From positions 89,900,001 through 89,964,000 of the forward strand of contig NC_043002.1 in assembly GCF_006345805.1 (NCBI RefSeq): a stretch of DNA of 64,000 nt, given 5' to 3'. Positions 27,870 to 40,955 of this stretch are shown here, one piece after another (within the stretch, counting starts at the first letter, position 1; every line of letters starts with the position of its first letter). The DNA is from Octopus sinensis. Lineage: Eukaryota. The position numbers and the translations under genes are program-made. The notes beneath the pieces were generated by a model. It searched no databases. It saw only the letters and a program-made list of their open reading frames with translations, and was not told the origin of the DNA.

Positions 27870-29410
27870 ACTGATGAAAGGTATTTGTCTGTTGCACATC
27901 TCTGGACAGCATCTAGTAAAATGATATTCTGGACAACATGGAAATTCGATGACTGGAGATGCAAACTGGAAGTGTGAACATGTCATAGACATATGTAATG
28001 TTAAATAGACAGCTGGTAATCAGCTTAAAGGGTTATCTGGATGCTGCTGAAATAGCTTTAGCCTTCTTGATGATTTTAGAAGGTTTGTCTGCCCAGATCA
28101 TTGTTGATTATAATGCTTAGGTCATGTTCACCAGCAGACTTTTTAAGGTTGATGTTGTGGGATGACGTCAGCAGCTGGGAGCAGACTGGAACTTGGGAGC
28201 TGGCTGGAAGAGGAAGGCCGCAGGAGTGATGTGCGTGCAGGCAGGGGACGATTGGACCTTTTCAATTGGGGTAGCCGACAGTGCTGGACGTGTGAGGACT
28301 TCGACAAGGTAAGGGAAAAGCAGCTGGTATTTTTAGCGTTTGGGTCGGGCCACGTGGAAGGGTGCAATATCACTGGTGAGGTCTGCATCTATGAAGAGAA
28401 GGTAGGTGTCTTTACTTCAAATCTCCTGCATACACCACAGGTGTCGTGGAGGTAGTAGGTAAATTCTGGGTGTTTTCTTCCTGAAAAATTATAGTGGTGC
28501 ACTTGTTTAAAGGCAGCTTCAGCTGCCAATCAGCAGTCCATTGCTATATTGTATCTGGATCAGTTTGTGGGACAGATTTATAACAGATAGATCTGGGGTT
28601 TTTAAAAAATATTTTTATCTCAGGGTAGAGCTCAGTTTTGTCTGCATATTTTAACACAGCAACATGCTTTTATGTTTGAATTTAGTTTGTTAATATACTG
28701 CAAATAACAGGGCATCAGGAACAGATCCCTGCAGAACTCTAGATATCATTGCATAGAGTGCAGGATGTTGTCCTAGTACAATAACTGTCTCTTTTTGACT
28801 GAGAATGAAGTGTTTCGATCAGTTATAAAGATAAGTCTTCATGTCCATTGCAGACAACCTTGCCATAAGTTGTTTGTATAGAACAAATTAAAGGCTTTGG
28901 TGAAGCTGAGATAGATAACATCCAAGCAAGTGTTGCTATCTGTGATTCAAGTGATGTCTCACAGAAACTCCATGAATTGGCCACATCTGCTGGAGTAAGC
29001 TTGAATAAGGATACGAGAGTCTCAGAATTTCTAGCAGAGGACTTCATCAATTTGGCAATATAACTAATGAGATTGACTAATTGATAATTGACAGGTGATG
29101 TGAGGTCATTTTTTTTCTGAATTGGGAAATAAAGCTGGGAAATTTTCACTGTTCCAGAGTAAGACAGTTATTAAAGCAGAATTGGAAGAGGAGTGAAAGT
29201 TTGTGCAATAAATAGAGGCTGTTATGTTTGAGAAACAGAGAAATAACATCATCACAACCAAGAGAATTGTTGTTGCACATACGCTTGAAATGACATTACA
29301 AAACTGCAGGAATAAACTCAACAGATGTTATGGAATTGAGTGTCAGTAGCAGTAAAGATGGCACATTTGAATTTTCAACACTAAAAATGCAAGCACAGCA
29401 TTCTGCAGTA
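27870..29410 (-). mobile_element. Decayed CR1/L2-type LINE RT fragment
   Basis: Minus-strand motif remnants appear in the expected order: GCDDVISLFLK, PIQKKNDLTSPVNYQLV (PxxKKxxxxxPxNYRPI), LDVIYLSFTKAF, VLQGSVPDALLF, LKYADKTEL, WQLKLPLNKC, EHDLSII, AVQRCAT. Confidence 0.8.
28153..28439. mobile_element. Solo-LTR-like GC-rich insertion inside the CR1 remnant
   Basis: Termini are TGTTGTG...CACCACA. It interrupts the CR1 reading YYLHDT | NLKKSAGEHDL, contains TGACGTCA at 28163-28170, and has a degraded TSD. Confidence 0.5.
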
Positions 29411-29470
29411 TGTTCTGATACTCTTTGGGATCATTAGTAATCTGACCTGTGTATATATGATATATATATA

Positions 29471-29779
29471 TTAGAAGGTTTGGAGATGATGTACAGGTAT
29501 TTTATATTAGAAAAAATGAGGTACTCAGAAATTCAGATGGTTTTATATTTACAGATATTTATTTGTATATTACATGTTTTTATACATCATATAACTTATA
29601 TCATATATCATATATTAGCGCTTTCTCCCATTCTAGTGGGGTTTTCAAATTGAACTAAGTTCCTGTGAAAAGTTTTTGACCATTTTATAGTGTTATTGAC
29701 TATAAAATGGTCAAAATTTTTTCACAGAAACTTAGTTCGATTTGAAAACCCCACTAGAATGGGAGAAAGCGCTAATATA

Positions 29780-29787
<8 letters not shown>
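29471..29787. repeat. PLE-tail-like element with a terminal fold-back (~89 bp arms, 7-nt spacer)
   Basis: 29603-29691 is the reverse complement of 29699-29787. The same family recurs at 2208-2400, and both copies abut (TA)n. Confidence 0.85.
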
Positions 29788-29822
<35 letters not shown>

Positions 29823-29947
29823 TATGTATGAGTATATATGCATATATATAACGGGAAGCTTTATGAAAATAAACAAAAAACGAAGGCAGGTGGAGTACAA
29901 ACAAACAATTGTATTAGTATGGCGCTCAGCAATATAAATAAAACAAG

Positions 29948-29985
29948 TCTTTTATGTTTCGAGCCTACGCTCTTCAACAGAAAGA
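29948..29985 (-). ncRNA. Minimal type I hammerhead-like motif (A6U, one extra A)
   Basis: Minus strand TCTTT-CTGTTGA-A-GAGC GTAG GCTC-GAAA-CA-TA-AAAGA. Stem I is 5 bp perfect and stem II is 4 bp perfect. A ~95 bp tail follows and ends at a TA-rich repeat near 29850. Confidence 0.6.
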
Positions 29986-31903
29986 TACACAGAAAAGAAA
30001 CACGGAGAGAAACAAAGAGAGAAAAAAACTGCATGCAGAAGCTAGCGATTCAACATGGTGATTGCATATATATATATATATATGTATGTATGAATATGTA
30101 TAAGCCTGTATATATACATGTGTATGAATGTATGAGCATGTATTAATGCATATATGTGAGATATGTATCTCCATCTGTCTCTATCTTTACCTCCACCTGA
30201 ACTGGCCCTTCACACTTTTTCTGTATATTTACTTTGCTTCATATTCCTTCATTTTTCATTTAAGCTCTCCCACCATTCACTCCTGGTAATCTGATTCCAG
30301 ATCTTCACCTCCATCTATTTATTCTTCTAGTTTCTCCATATAATAAACTACAAAATCAATTTTCAGACCAGCTTAAAACCAGTTCATTTTGCTTGTGTGA
30401 AACTTCTTGCCTCTTGACACTGGCAAACACTCTGATAAACTTTCAGCGTTCTTTCTCGCTAGTTACATCACAGAAATGTTTTGGCTGTCATCATTGTTGT
30501 GTCGTCATCATTGTCATTCTCTTCCTGTTGGTTTAAGAAGGATTATCCCCTTGTTGCTTAAGCACTCTCTGTTATCTTTTTTTCCTCCCTGCTTCCATTT
30601 TGTTTTCAAATCTTCTTGAGAATATCCGTCTTGTTATTGCTGAAGCATAAGATAAAATGTTTTTTTATATATATGCCAGTTATTTGTGGTGGTGGTGGTG
30701 GTGGTGAAAGTGGTGATGGCATGTGTAGCACTGTTGGTGATAATGACATTATTCACAATACTGATAATGATTATGATGATGTTGATGCTGATGGTAATGA
30801 ACTTGGATTATGACAATGGTGATGACAGTTATGATGATAATCCAATATTGATAACTACACAGCAATGATAACAATAAGCAGAATAATTCTGATGATAGCA
30901 ATACTAGTTGTGATGAAGATGATGATGATGACAATGACGACAATAATAATAATAATAAGAGTTGAACAATAAATAAATAAAATGGTATTGCTGGTGATGA
31001 TGTTGATCATGACAATGATGATTATAATAATGATGATTACTGTGATGATAATGTTGCTGGTAATAATGATGATTATGATGATAGTAACAATGATATACAA
31101 TAAAATATTGGTGTTATAGTGACAATGATGGCAATGATAACAGTGATAATGATTTCTTTTATTTGCCATGATGACAACAATGATGATGATGATGATGATG
31201 ATGACTAAAGTTGACAATAAAAACAACTGATGACGATGACTGATGATGATGACGATGACTGATGATGCTGATGACATGATGATGATGATGATATCAGTGA
31301 TGATGAGTGAAATAAAAGTGTTGATAATTGTTCTAATGATGATAGATGACAGTTCCAATGACAAAGAATGATATTAAAGTAGAGATATTGATGACAAAAA
31401 TAATTATTGAGCTGAGTTGATAAGTTTTTTTCTTTATTAGTTTTTATCTATAGAAATGGTCAGCGTGTGCTGGACTTGTTAATAGAACTTCTTTCTGCTT
31501 GGATTGCTTTCATCTTTACCATTCCTTGTGGAATTTAGATGTTTTTTTTTTATGTTGCTTTTATTGCATTTTATCGCATTCTATTTAAATTTGTGACAAA
31601 TGTTGTCTCTTTGATGCTCTCAGGACCAAAGACTTCATTTCTGAATGTATATCACCATTATGTTTGTTTTCACTTCTCAATTTAGAAATATCGAATATTA
31701 CAGAAATTTGGCCATTGTCATCATCATCATCATCATCATATCATATCATCATCATCATCATCATCATATCACATCACTACCATTATTGTTGTTGCTGACA
31801 ACATTGTTGCTACTAATCTATCTTTTCAGTTCTGTTGCACACGCATATATGTACATGTGTGTGCATATATATATATCAATGCTAACATGCAACTAACTTA
31901 ATA

Positions 31904-32321
31904 TATGTGGCTGTTGCCAGTCTCGCCTGGCTGCCTTGCTGGTGGCACGTAAAAAGCACCATCCGTTCGTGGCCATTGCCAGCCTCGCCTGGCCCCCGTG
32001 CCGGTGGCACGTAAAAAGCACCATCCGTTCGTGGCCGTTGCCAGCCTCGCCTGGCCCCCGTGCCGGTGGCACGTAAAAAGCACCATCCGTTCGTGGCCGT
32101 TGCCAGCCTCGCCTGGCCCCCGTGCCGGTGGCACGTAAAAAGCACCCACTACACTCATGGAGTGGTTGGCGTTAGGAAGGGCATCCAGCCATAGAAACAT
32201 TGCCAGATCAAACTGGGCCTGGTGCAGCCTTCTGGCTTCCCAGACCCCAGTTGAACCGTCCAACCCATGCTAGCATGGAAAGCGGACGCTAAACGATGAT
32301 GATGATGATGATGATGATGAT
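31904..32321 (+). mobile_element. SINE-like family A with (GAT)n 3' tail and internal ~53-bp tandem units
   Basis: GGCGTTAGGAAGGGCATCCAGCC...CGTCCAACCCATGCTAGCATGGAAAGCGGACG-(GAT)n. Copies lie at 1319-1600, 6381-6576, 8017-8333, 9461-10090, 26905-27280, 32638-32960, 50781-50972, 58286-58740, 61590-61820 and 62541-62955. Confidence 0.85.
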
Positions 32322-33318
32322 TTAGCATCTATTTTCCATGCTTGCATGGCTTGGATAGTTTGACAGGATCTAGCAAGCCAGAGGGCTGAGCTAACAACGC
32401 AGGAGTTTGTGAAACTATTTAGCCTCACAGGCACCTAAGACACTGCTATAATGAAAAAATGCATGCAGTACACTGTGTAAAGTGGTTGGTGTTAAGAAGG
32501 GCACCAAGTTGCAGAAACTGAACCAAAAACCTGAGATACTGGTGCAAGATGTGGTCCTCTGACATTTCAGATTTTGCAGCAGTGGTAGATCTGTTATAAG
32601 AGTGGTAGGTATAACATTGGTGGTGGAGGGTAGGTGTCATCATCATCATCATCATCATCATCGTTTAACGTCTGCTTTCCATGCTAGCATGGGTTGGACG
32701 GTTCAACTGGGGTCTGGGAAGCCCGAAGGCTGCACCAGGCCAGTCAGATCTGGCAGAGTTTCTACAGCTGGATGCCCTTCTTAATGCCAACCACTCCGTG
32801 AGTGTAGTGGGTGCTTTTTATGTGTCACCGACACAGGTGCCAGACGAGGCTGGCATGGCTACGATCGGATGGTATTTGTTACGTGCCCACAGCACAGAGG
32901 CCAGTCGATGCGGTACTGGCTACGGCCATGTTCGGATGGTTTTCTTATGTGCCACCAGCACTGGTACCACAAAAATACAAATTCCATGTTCATTGATTTT
33001 GTGGTATTGTGCTAGGCCTGGTGTAGAGGGCAGGTAATAAACACTGTAGTGGTGGCATGTTTAGTATTAAAATGTTGGCATGTCTCAGAATGGAGTAGTG
33101 GACTGTCTTGTATTTGGGGTGAAAGACATGCCTGGTGTAGGAATGGCACTAAGGTATTGGCATTGGAATGGCACTAACCCACAACATTGGGTTAGTGGTA
33201 GACAATTGTCATTGGGATGATGATAAGTCTCAAGTTGTGGTAGTTTAAGTCTCAGATCGTGGCAGTATTGGGTCTGACAAAGTGGTGGTGTACAATAGTG
33301 AAATAGGTTGGGGGAGAG

Positions 33319-33405
<87 letters not shown>

Positions 33406-33990
33406 AATGAGAAAGAGAATGTCTGAGAGTATAAAGAATAGAGAAAGAGAGGCAAAGCTTGGAAAGACAAAGGAGAAAGAGAGATACTCAACCATTCACA
33501 AACATACAGCAAAGCTGTAGACACATACATGTATATTGCACATTAGGCCTAAAATTTGGGGGAAAGGGTTAGTTGGTACCATCAAACCCCGTACTTGATT
33601 AGTATTTTGTTTTACCAACCCCTGAAAGGTGAAAAGCAAAATCAAACTTCAGTGTGATTTGAACTCAGAATATAAAAAGCTTTTCTGATGTTCTAATCAT
33701 TCTGCCAGCTTGAACAATTATTGTTTCTAAAATTGCACCAAGGCCACACGTTTTGTGTTAATGCTGTAAAATAACACGAGGCCTATATATCCCAATTACT
33801 TCCAGCAGGATCCCAGCAAAGTTTATCCCAACGAAATTCTGCATTTAGAGGGGATAAACAAACTAAAATTAACTCTAGTTAGGACCCATACTTGTTGAAA
33901 TACTTGATTCTTTAGTTACTATGTGTAATAGACTACAAAACTACAAATATGTCTATGCATGCACACACACATCCATATATATATATATAT

Positions 33991-34299
33991 CACCGTGATC
34001 ACCGTGACCAACCAGGCTATCAGATGTTGCTGCACATCGCTGGTCACAATGCGCTTTGCATTGTTTTAGCCTTCAAATGACGCCACCCCACTGGCTAAGC
34101 GGGTAGGCCAACAGAAGAAAGAGTGAGAGAAAGTTGTGGCGAAAGAGTACAGCAGGGATCGCCACCACCCACTGCCGGAGCCTCGTGGAGTTTTAGGTGT
34201 TTTCGCTCAATAAACACACACAATGCCCGGTCTGGGAATCGAAACCGCAATCCTACGACCGCGATTCCGCTGCCCTAACCAATAGGCCATTGCACCTTC

Positions 34300-34300
<1 letters not shown>
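33991..34300 (-). mobile_element. tRNA-derived SINE (family D subtype)
   Basis: Highly similar to 25036-25337. Confidence 0.85.
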
Positions 34301-34334
<34 letters not shown>

Positions 34335-34382
34335 ATATATATATATTATATATATATTATAATATATATATATATAATATAT

Positions 34383-34447
<65 letters not shown>

Positions 34448-34819
34448 TCTAAATATGTGCAATACATATGTATGTGTCTATAGCTTTACTGTATGTTTGT
34501 GAATGGTTGTGTATCTCACTTTCTCCTTGTCTCTCCAAGCTTTGCTTTCCTTCTCTATCCTTTACTACTCTCAGACATTCTCTTTCTCATTAGCTCTCGA
34601 ATCCTCTCCCCCAACCTATCTCACTATCCTTTTCTAAAACCCAGAGTAAACATTATCCATGAAAACTCATCTTTAAGCAGGCTGTGTTCTGGGAAGCAGT
34701 TTTCTCGTTTCCATGGCAATTGCATCAAATCTTGCCTTATAACACTTTATGCTTCAAGGATTTTTACATCAGTTATAGTAAATGATTCTTTAATCTTGTA
34801 TTTTGTTTCCAACTGATTC

Positions 34820-35900
34820 AACCACATCTTCCTCTTAACATCATCCTCCTGCTACTCCTCATCCTTTATTGTCTACATTTCCATCTTTTTTTTTTATTCT
34901 TTGTTTTTTAAATCATATTTTTGTTTCCTCTTCCACCTCCCTTCTGCTTCTTTTCCTTCTTCCTCTCCAATCTACTCTTTTAATTTCTTCCTTTCTCTCC
35001 CAATCCTGCCTTTCCTGTCCCAACCTCTCCTTTCTCTCCTAACGGCCTTTCTCTTCGATATTCCCATTTCTCTCCCAATCTCCTTTTGCGATTCCCACTT
35101 TCTCACCCATTCTGTCCTTTCTGTCCTAGCATCCCCTTTCCTTTCCTTTTATCTCTCAATCTCTCATATTCCTTCCAATCTCCCCTTACTCATCAATCTC
35201 CTTCTTCTCCCAATCCCAAACTCTCTCTTCAGTCTTCTCTTAATCTCCCCATACCACATTTCTGACCCAGTCTCCCTTTCTTCTCCCAATCTTCCATGTC
35301 CTCTCCTAATTTCCCCTTCTCCCAGTCTCCTTTTTTCTCTATCAGTCTCACCATTTCTCTGTGAATCTTGCCCTTTCTCACCAAAGTCCCCCTTCTCATT
35401 CAATTTTCTCATCTTTCCTCTTTCCCTTACCAACCTAATCTTCTTCTTATCCTTCTAATCTGCTTTTTCCTCTCCCGATCTCCCCCATTCTTACCTAATC
35501 TTCTCTATTCTCATCCTATCTTCCCTTGTGTCTCTCAGTCTCCCCTTTTCTCTCCTACTTCACTCTTTTTTGTTTATTTTTTCATTCTTTCAGTTCCTTT
35601 ATTTTTCTTTTTTCCTTTTCTGACTGACAATTTCACATTTACTGTCTCTAGTTATCTCTCTTTTTCTTCCTTTTATTTTTTTCTTACACATTTTGTTTTT
35701 TCTCGTTTTTGTTCCCCAATTCTCACTTTCCTGTCTTTCATTGACAACACCATCACAACCTATCATACTTTCACAACCATTACCACCACATTGACAATGA
35801 CAATGACAATGACAATCACTGTCACCACCACCACCACCACCACCACCACCACCACCACCACCACAACCACCACCACCACCCCTACCTCCCAAGTAAAGAA
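34820..35900. repeat. ~1 kb CT-rich low-complexity tract ending in (CAC)n
   Basis: Strong pyrimidine bias on the + strand. A shorter analogue lies at 57400-57680, and (GA)n tracts lie at 26236-26328 and 33322-33403. Confidence 0.85.
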
Positions 35901-36199
35901 ATTGAGAAGGGAAGGATGTTATCAGTTTGACTGTCCAATGTGGTCACAGCAGAGTGTTTTCTATAATTTCATGGCCATTTAACAAAGAAATGGATGGAGA
36001 AGTTGATGAATAACTGGTTGGACGAAGATGAAGCGATAGTTTTCGTTCATCACATATTGTTTATTGTTAAAAGTTTTAGTTGGACATGATGGTCCGAGAG
36101 GGAACTACAGGAAAGGTGAAAAAAAAAAGTTAAACACAATGGTCTGATAAGAACTATGGGGTAAGGCAAAGGAAAGTTGATTTTTTTTACAATGATATA

Positions 36200-36620
36200 G
36201 GCGCAGGAGTGGCTGTGTGGTAAGTAGCTTGCTAACCAACAACATGGTTCCGGGTTCAGTCCCACTGCGTGGCATCTTGGGCAAGTGTCTTCTGCTATAG
36301 CCCCGGGCCGACCAATGCCTTGTGAGTGGATTTGGTAGACGGAAACTGAAAGAAGCCTGTCGTATATATGTATATATATGTATGTGTGTGTGTTTGTGTG
36401 TCTGTGTCTGTCCCCCTAGCATTGCTTGACAACCAAAGCTGGTGTGTTTGTGTCCCCGTCACTTAGCGGTTCGGCAAAAGAGACCGATAGAATAAGTACT
36501 GGGCTTACAAAGAATAAGTCCCGGGGTCGATTTGCTCGACTGAATGAAGGCGGTGCTCCAGCATGGTGGCAGTCAAATGACTGAAACAAGTAAAAGAGTA
36601 AAAGAGAGAGTAAAAGAGTA
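36200..36620 (+). mobile_element. SINE family C (tRNA-like head, CORE-like TTGGGCAAGTGTCTT, internal TA/TG tract, TAAAAGAG tail)
   Basis: Best-preserved copy. Others lie at 7272-7868, 8355-8530, 46705-47035, 50625-50770, 51035-51400, 56780-57170, 60680-61000 and 62108-62530. Confidence 0.85.
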
Positions 36621-38777
36621 TACTTGGACTGTTTCCATAGTTGTGTGAACATGAGAGAGGGGAGAGAGGGAGAGGGGGAGGGGGAGGGGAAGAATGTAAG
36701 TGACATCTTCCACAATGTAGTTTCTAAGTTAGTAAGTTTCATTCAGAACATTTGTGTTGCAGGCTCTCATGTTGACAAGGCTAGCTGTCACTCAAACGGG
36801 ATGATTGCTGTAAAGCAGCTGATGCGATGCTAGGCTGTGTTCTTTCTGTTCTCTTGTCTCCTCTGCTCATTGTCTCTATGTCTTCTTGAAAAAACGTTAC
36901 ATTAACTCTATTCTGTCAAATGTAAAGCTTATTTGTTCATATTGTTTTGAACTAATCATGCATTATCTTGTAGTTTCAAGATTTCAATGATGTGTGTGAT
37001 TGTTTACTTTTAATAATGACATTGTAGGGAAGGTGTGAGAGGTCAGATCTAGCCAGTTTGAACATAAAAACCCAGTTTAAATGCCCAAAGATTAAGGATG
37101 CTGGCTCACCATCAAGAACCGTGACTGGCTTGTTTCTGGCTGATGACATCATATGTATTTGTTAATTTTAATTGGCTAATTGTCTTTGCTGACATCAGCC
37201 AGTCAATTTTGATATCTCTCCCAAAGCAAAATTAGTGATCAGTTTCTTGATGATGTCATCAATCAATTTGATGAATCTGATGGCTTGAAGAAAATTCTCT
37301 AAGTAGAAATAGCAAATTATCCTGGTTTCAAATTTTAGACAGTTTTATTATTATAGTCTGAAAGAGCAGATTCTTTGCATTTTATTAAATCCAAAACTTT
37401 AATTAATACCATTGACTTCACTTATACAGCACACAGATCCCCATGAAGAGCTACATTGAACAATGCCTGTTCCTAATGTGTATATGTGTGTGTTTATGTA
37501 TGTATGTGTATATGTGTATACATATATATATATATATGTATATATACTCAAACACATGTATATATGTATGTCCTGTTTGTCATCCTATTATTTTCCTCAA
37601 TGCTAGTACCCCACCCCAAAACTAAACAACAGTTCATCTATGCGAGATTATTTTTTGTTTGTCTTCAGTTTTTATCTGTATTTAATTTTTCATGAAACTA
37701 TATTTTCTTTCAGTCGGGACATTTAAAACATTGCATTAAAGGAAGGACACGTCTCCTTTTGTGCTACATTTTATGAAGTTATGATATATTTATGTATTCT
37801 CACTCATACACAGATTTATACACACATGTTTACTGAATGTATGTGCATATGTGTTTATATACATATACATACGTACACACAATGATGTCTATGTATGCAG
37901 TTAAACACAAACCCATACACACCTGTATATAATGATGTATATGCTCACACATTGAGATAAATTAGTTATATCCTGATATGATTAGCGATGCTTAATGATT
38001 ATATAAATTCTTTAACACTTTGCTTAGATGCACTTGCATGTTCCAGGTCATATATATATGCATGTGTGTGCATGTGTGTGTATATATGTCAGTATGGAAA
38101 GTGATGTATGCTGCTGCATCCACACACACACACACACACACACACATGCACACACACACTCACACACATACTCACATACTCACACACACACACATGTATA
38201 TGTACACATACATACATACATACATACATATTTACTCATGCTGTCTCATATATATGTGCTCACACTGTTACAGCTTATACACATGTACACGTGCATGTAT
38301 GTATACACATATATACACATTCATAGAAAATTAAGAGTTATGCGTAGAAATGGTTCATAATGAATGCAAATGCTTTAATATTTCATCCTTACACAGATGC
38401 ACGTTTCTGCATTGCATCACATTGCATCTCTTCACAACTGCATATATGAACTCTTACACCCACATGCATATGTCCTCCCCACCCTCACATTTATATGTAA
38501 AAATACATAAATATTCCAACAGTTTTATTTTCTGTTTTTTACTTTTTATTTTTACTGTAATATCTTTTGTTGCATTTTCTTTTCTTTTCTTTTACCATTG
38601 CGATATGCTAGATCATTGCAGCTCATCACAGCTCAACGATATAAAAAAAGGAAATATGTATTTCTTTATAACTGCATCCTGCAAAAGATGTAGTCTACAT
38701 TCTATGCAATATGAATTAAGATTCTGTTTCTTTCATATAACAACAACAACGACAACAACAACAACAACAGCAACAGC

Positions 38778-38824
<47 letters not shown>

Positions 38825-40744
38825 CAATAGTATGTGTGATCCTTTTAATGTGGTATTCTTCTTGATTTTATGAGATGTTCGTTTGTCATGTCCTAGTGTG
38901 ATCTCCTTTTTTGTATTTATTTTGGTCTGATATTTTCACCAAAAGGTGAGTCTCTTATAAAAACTGCCCTGCCCCACTACCGTTTATACAGAGATTTAGA
39001 AGTGGTCCTGCATTAGCTGCCTTTTATGTTGCCCTCCATGCCCCCCCCCCTCTACAATTCTCTCTCCACTGGAGGTTACATTGATGTAGGAACTCATGGT
39101 TTTGCTACTTCAAACTGGCATTTAATGGTATTTCCCTTCTGATTTGTTATTGGATCTTATGTTGTTTTTATTGAACGTACAGAAGGATTCTGCAAGTAAT
39201 AATAATAATAATAATAATAATGATAGTAGTTGTCGTAGTAATAATAATATCACCAATATTTCCAATGCTTTTGTAACAGTGTAGCCAATAGATGTTAACA
39301 GTCGTATTGCAGATATTACAAGATCCATAATATTTGGTTAATCTGATAGTTTAGCTCGAGATCAAAAGTTTGTCAAGGCCAAATTAACTGAGAGGAACGC
39401 TGAACATATAAAAGAGTGTGCTGAGAGCTGTGTTTAGAAGTCAAATCTAATTACATTAGATACATTGACTGAAATGACACTTTGATAATCTGCATGTAAT
39501 TTAGCTTGCCACTTTTGTCCTACATGAGATCTAAGATAAATATAACAAGAACAACTACAAAAAAAAAAAGGAGATGTAAAGCTATTATAGGACAACCAGC
39601 TAACAAGACATGTAAGTTTTGTGTTATAGTTTGTTCTGTGTTGTTTCTATAAATACAGTGGATGATAGAGGTGGAATTGGTCAGGTGGTGGTTACTGTTC
39701 TGTTTCACACTTCATAACTTTCTCACATTGTTGATGTGATGGTAAAAAGAATGGAGAAGTGAATATCACCGACAGAACTTACCAAAACCTGTACAAATGT
39801 AAGAATATGTTTGCTTAGTTCTTGGGGTTAAGGATTACTGTGTATGTTAATAGAAACTCTTTTATCTTCTTCTTGTGTTCTTTATTCCCCGAGGAGCATA
39901 GACTCAACTATTTATTTTGTCTGTGGATCCCTTTGATTCCAATTTTACTTAGTTGGATCCCCATATTGCATCTCTGTATTGAAATATATTTACAGAAAAA
40001 AGAAGTATCAATTTAATGGAAAACTAAAATTACTCGATCAGTATTAATTTTGATTAGGGAATATATAAATTCAGCAGTATAGTTTAAAAATTGTGGGTTT
40101 TGGAGTTATAAAGATTCCTTTATTTAAAAAACAAAAACGAGTTCTTTAAAAAAAATCTCATTATATTTTTATGATTAAATATTATTGGAAATTGTATGAA
40201 TAAAACTGTTAAAATGTTTTTTGTATTGTAGAAATATAACAAATTTAATGCACGTAATTTTTAACAGCAAAATCTTAAACGGGCCTCCCTCCTCAAGGAT
40301 CATATGAATTCTGGTTGAGAACCACTGATTATAGATCATCAATGAATTTTCTCCACTGTACTCAACTCCAAGCTGTCTTTTCTGCTTCACCCCAGCTAGA
40401 ACCTTGCTTTTTCAGCTGTGCCCCCAGCTGTTTGTAGAGTGCTCTCTTTTCCTTCCCCCTTGTGTGTTTCATGTATGTTTCTCTGAGTGAAGACTTTTCC
40501 TTTCCTGAGTTTTATTTGGTTTTGAATTGCCATCGATGCTTTTGTAACTTTGCTCTTTTTTTAGGTGGGGATTTTGGCCCTATGCAAACCCATTTTTACC
40601 TCTGGGAACAGATGGTCTATATTAGTCTGGCCTCTATCCTTTGACCTGTCTAGCATTTCAGCAAATGGACTTCAGGATCAATTGTGGGAATCAGTGGCAT
40701 ATGGTTGGACAAATTTTCTTCTGTAATTTAGAAGACTAATTTAA

Positions 40745-40955
40745 CCTTGTAGCATTCAAATTACTCTGATGAATGTAAAGCTTATTTATTCATATCCTTT
40801 TGAATTTATCTCACAGATTTGAGATTTTGATGATGTTATTGTCTATATTTATAATGACATTTTTAGGGTAGGTGAGACAGACTAGATCTGGCCAGTTTGA
40901 ACATAAAACAGGAGGCATTTTTGGGCTGGATATGGCTGGTTTAAATGTTAAGGGG
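40745..40955. mobile_element. piggyBac-like MITE, TTAA TSD
   Basis: TTAA-CCTTGTAGCATT...AATGTTAAGGGG-TTAA. A paralogous empty site carries a single TTAA at 43191-43194. Confidence 0.8.

Noticed and set aside
27814-27870. Plus-strand exon with a G|GTAAGT donor at ~27864
   Set aside because: It overlaps the decayed 3' part of the minus-strand CR1, so it is likely fortuitous.
28162-28455. 97-aa ORF as a host exon
   Set aside because: It lies within the LTR-like insert, shows no recognisable protein similarity, and is explained by high GC content.
31920-32150. CRISPR-like regular repeats (also 11965-12600)
   Set aside because: These are head-to-tail tandem units without unique spacers, there are no cas genes, and the context is eukaryotic.
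40315-40335. Second hAT MITE (TTGAGAACCACTG end)
   Set aside because: Only one terminus was found, with no matching left TIR or TSD.
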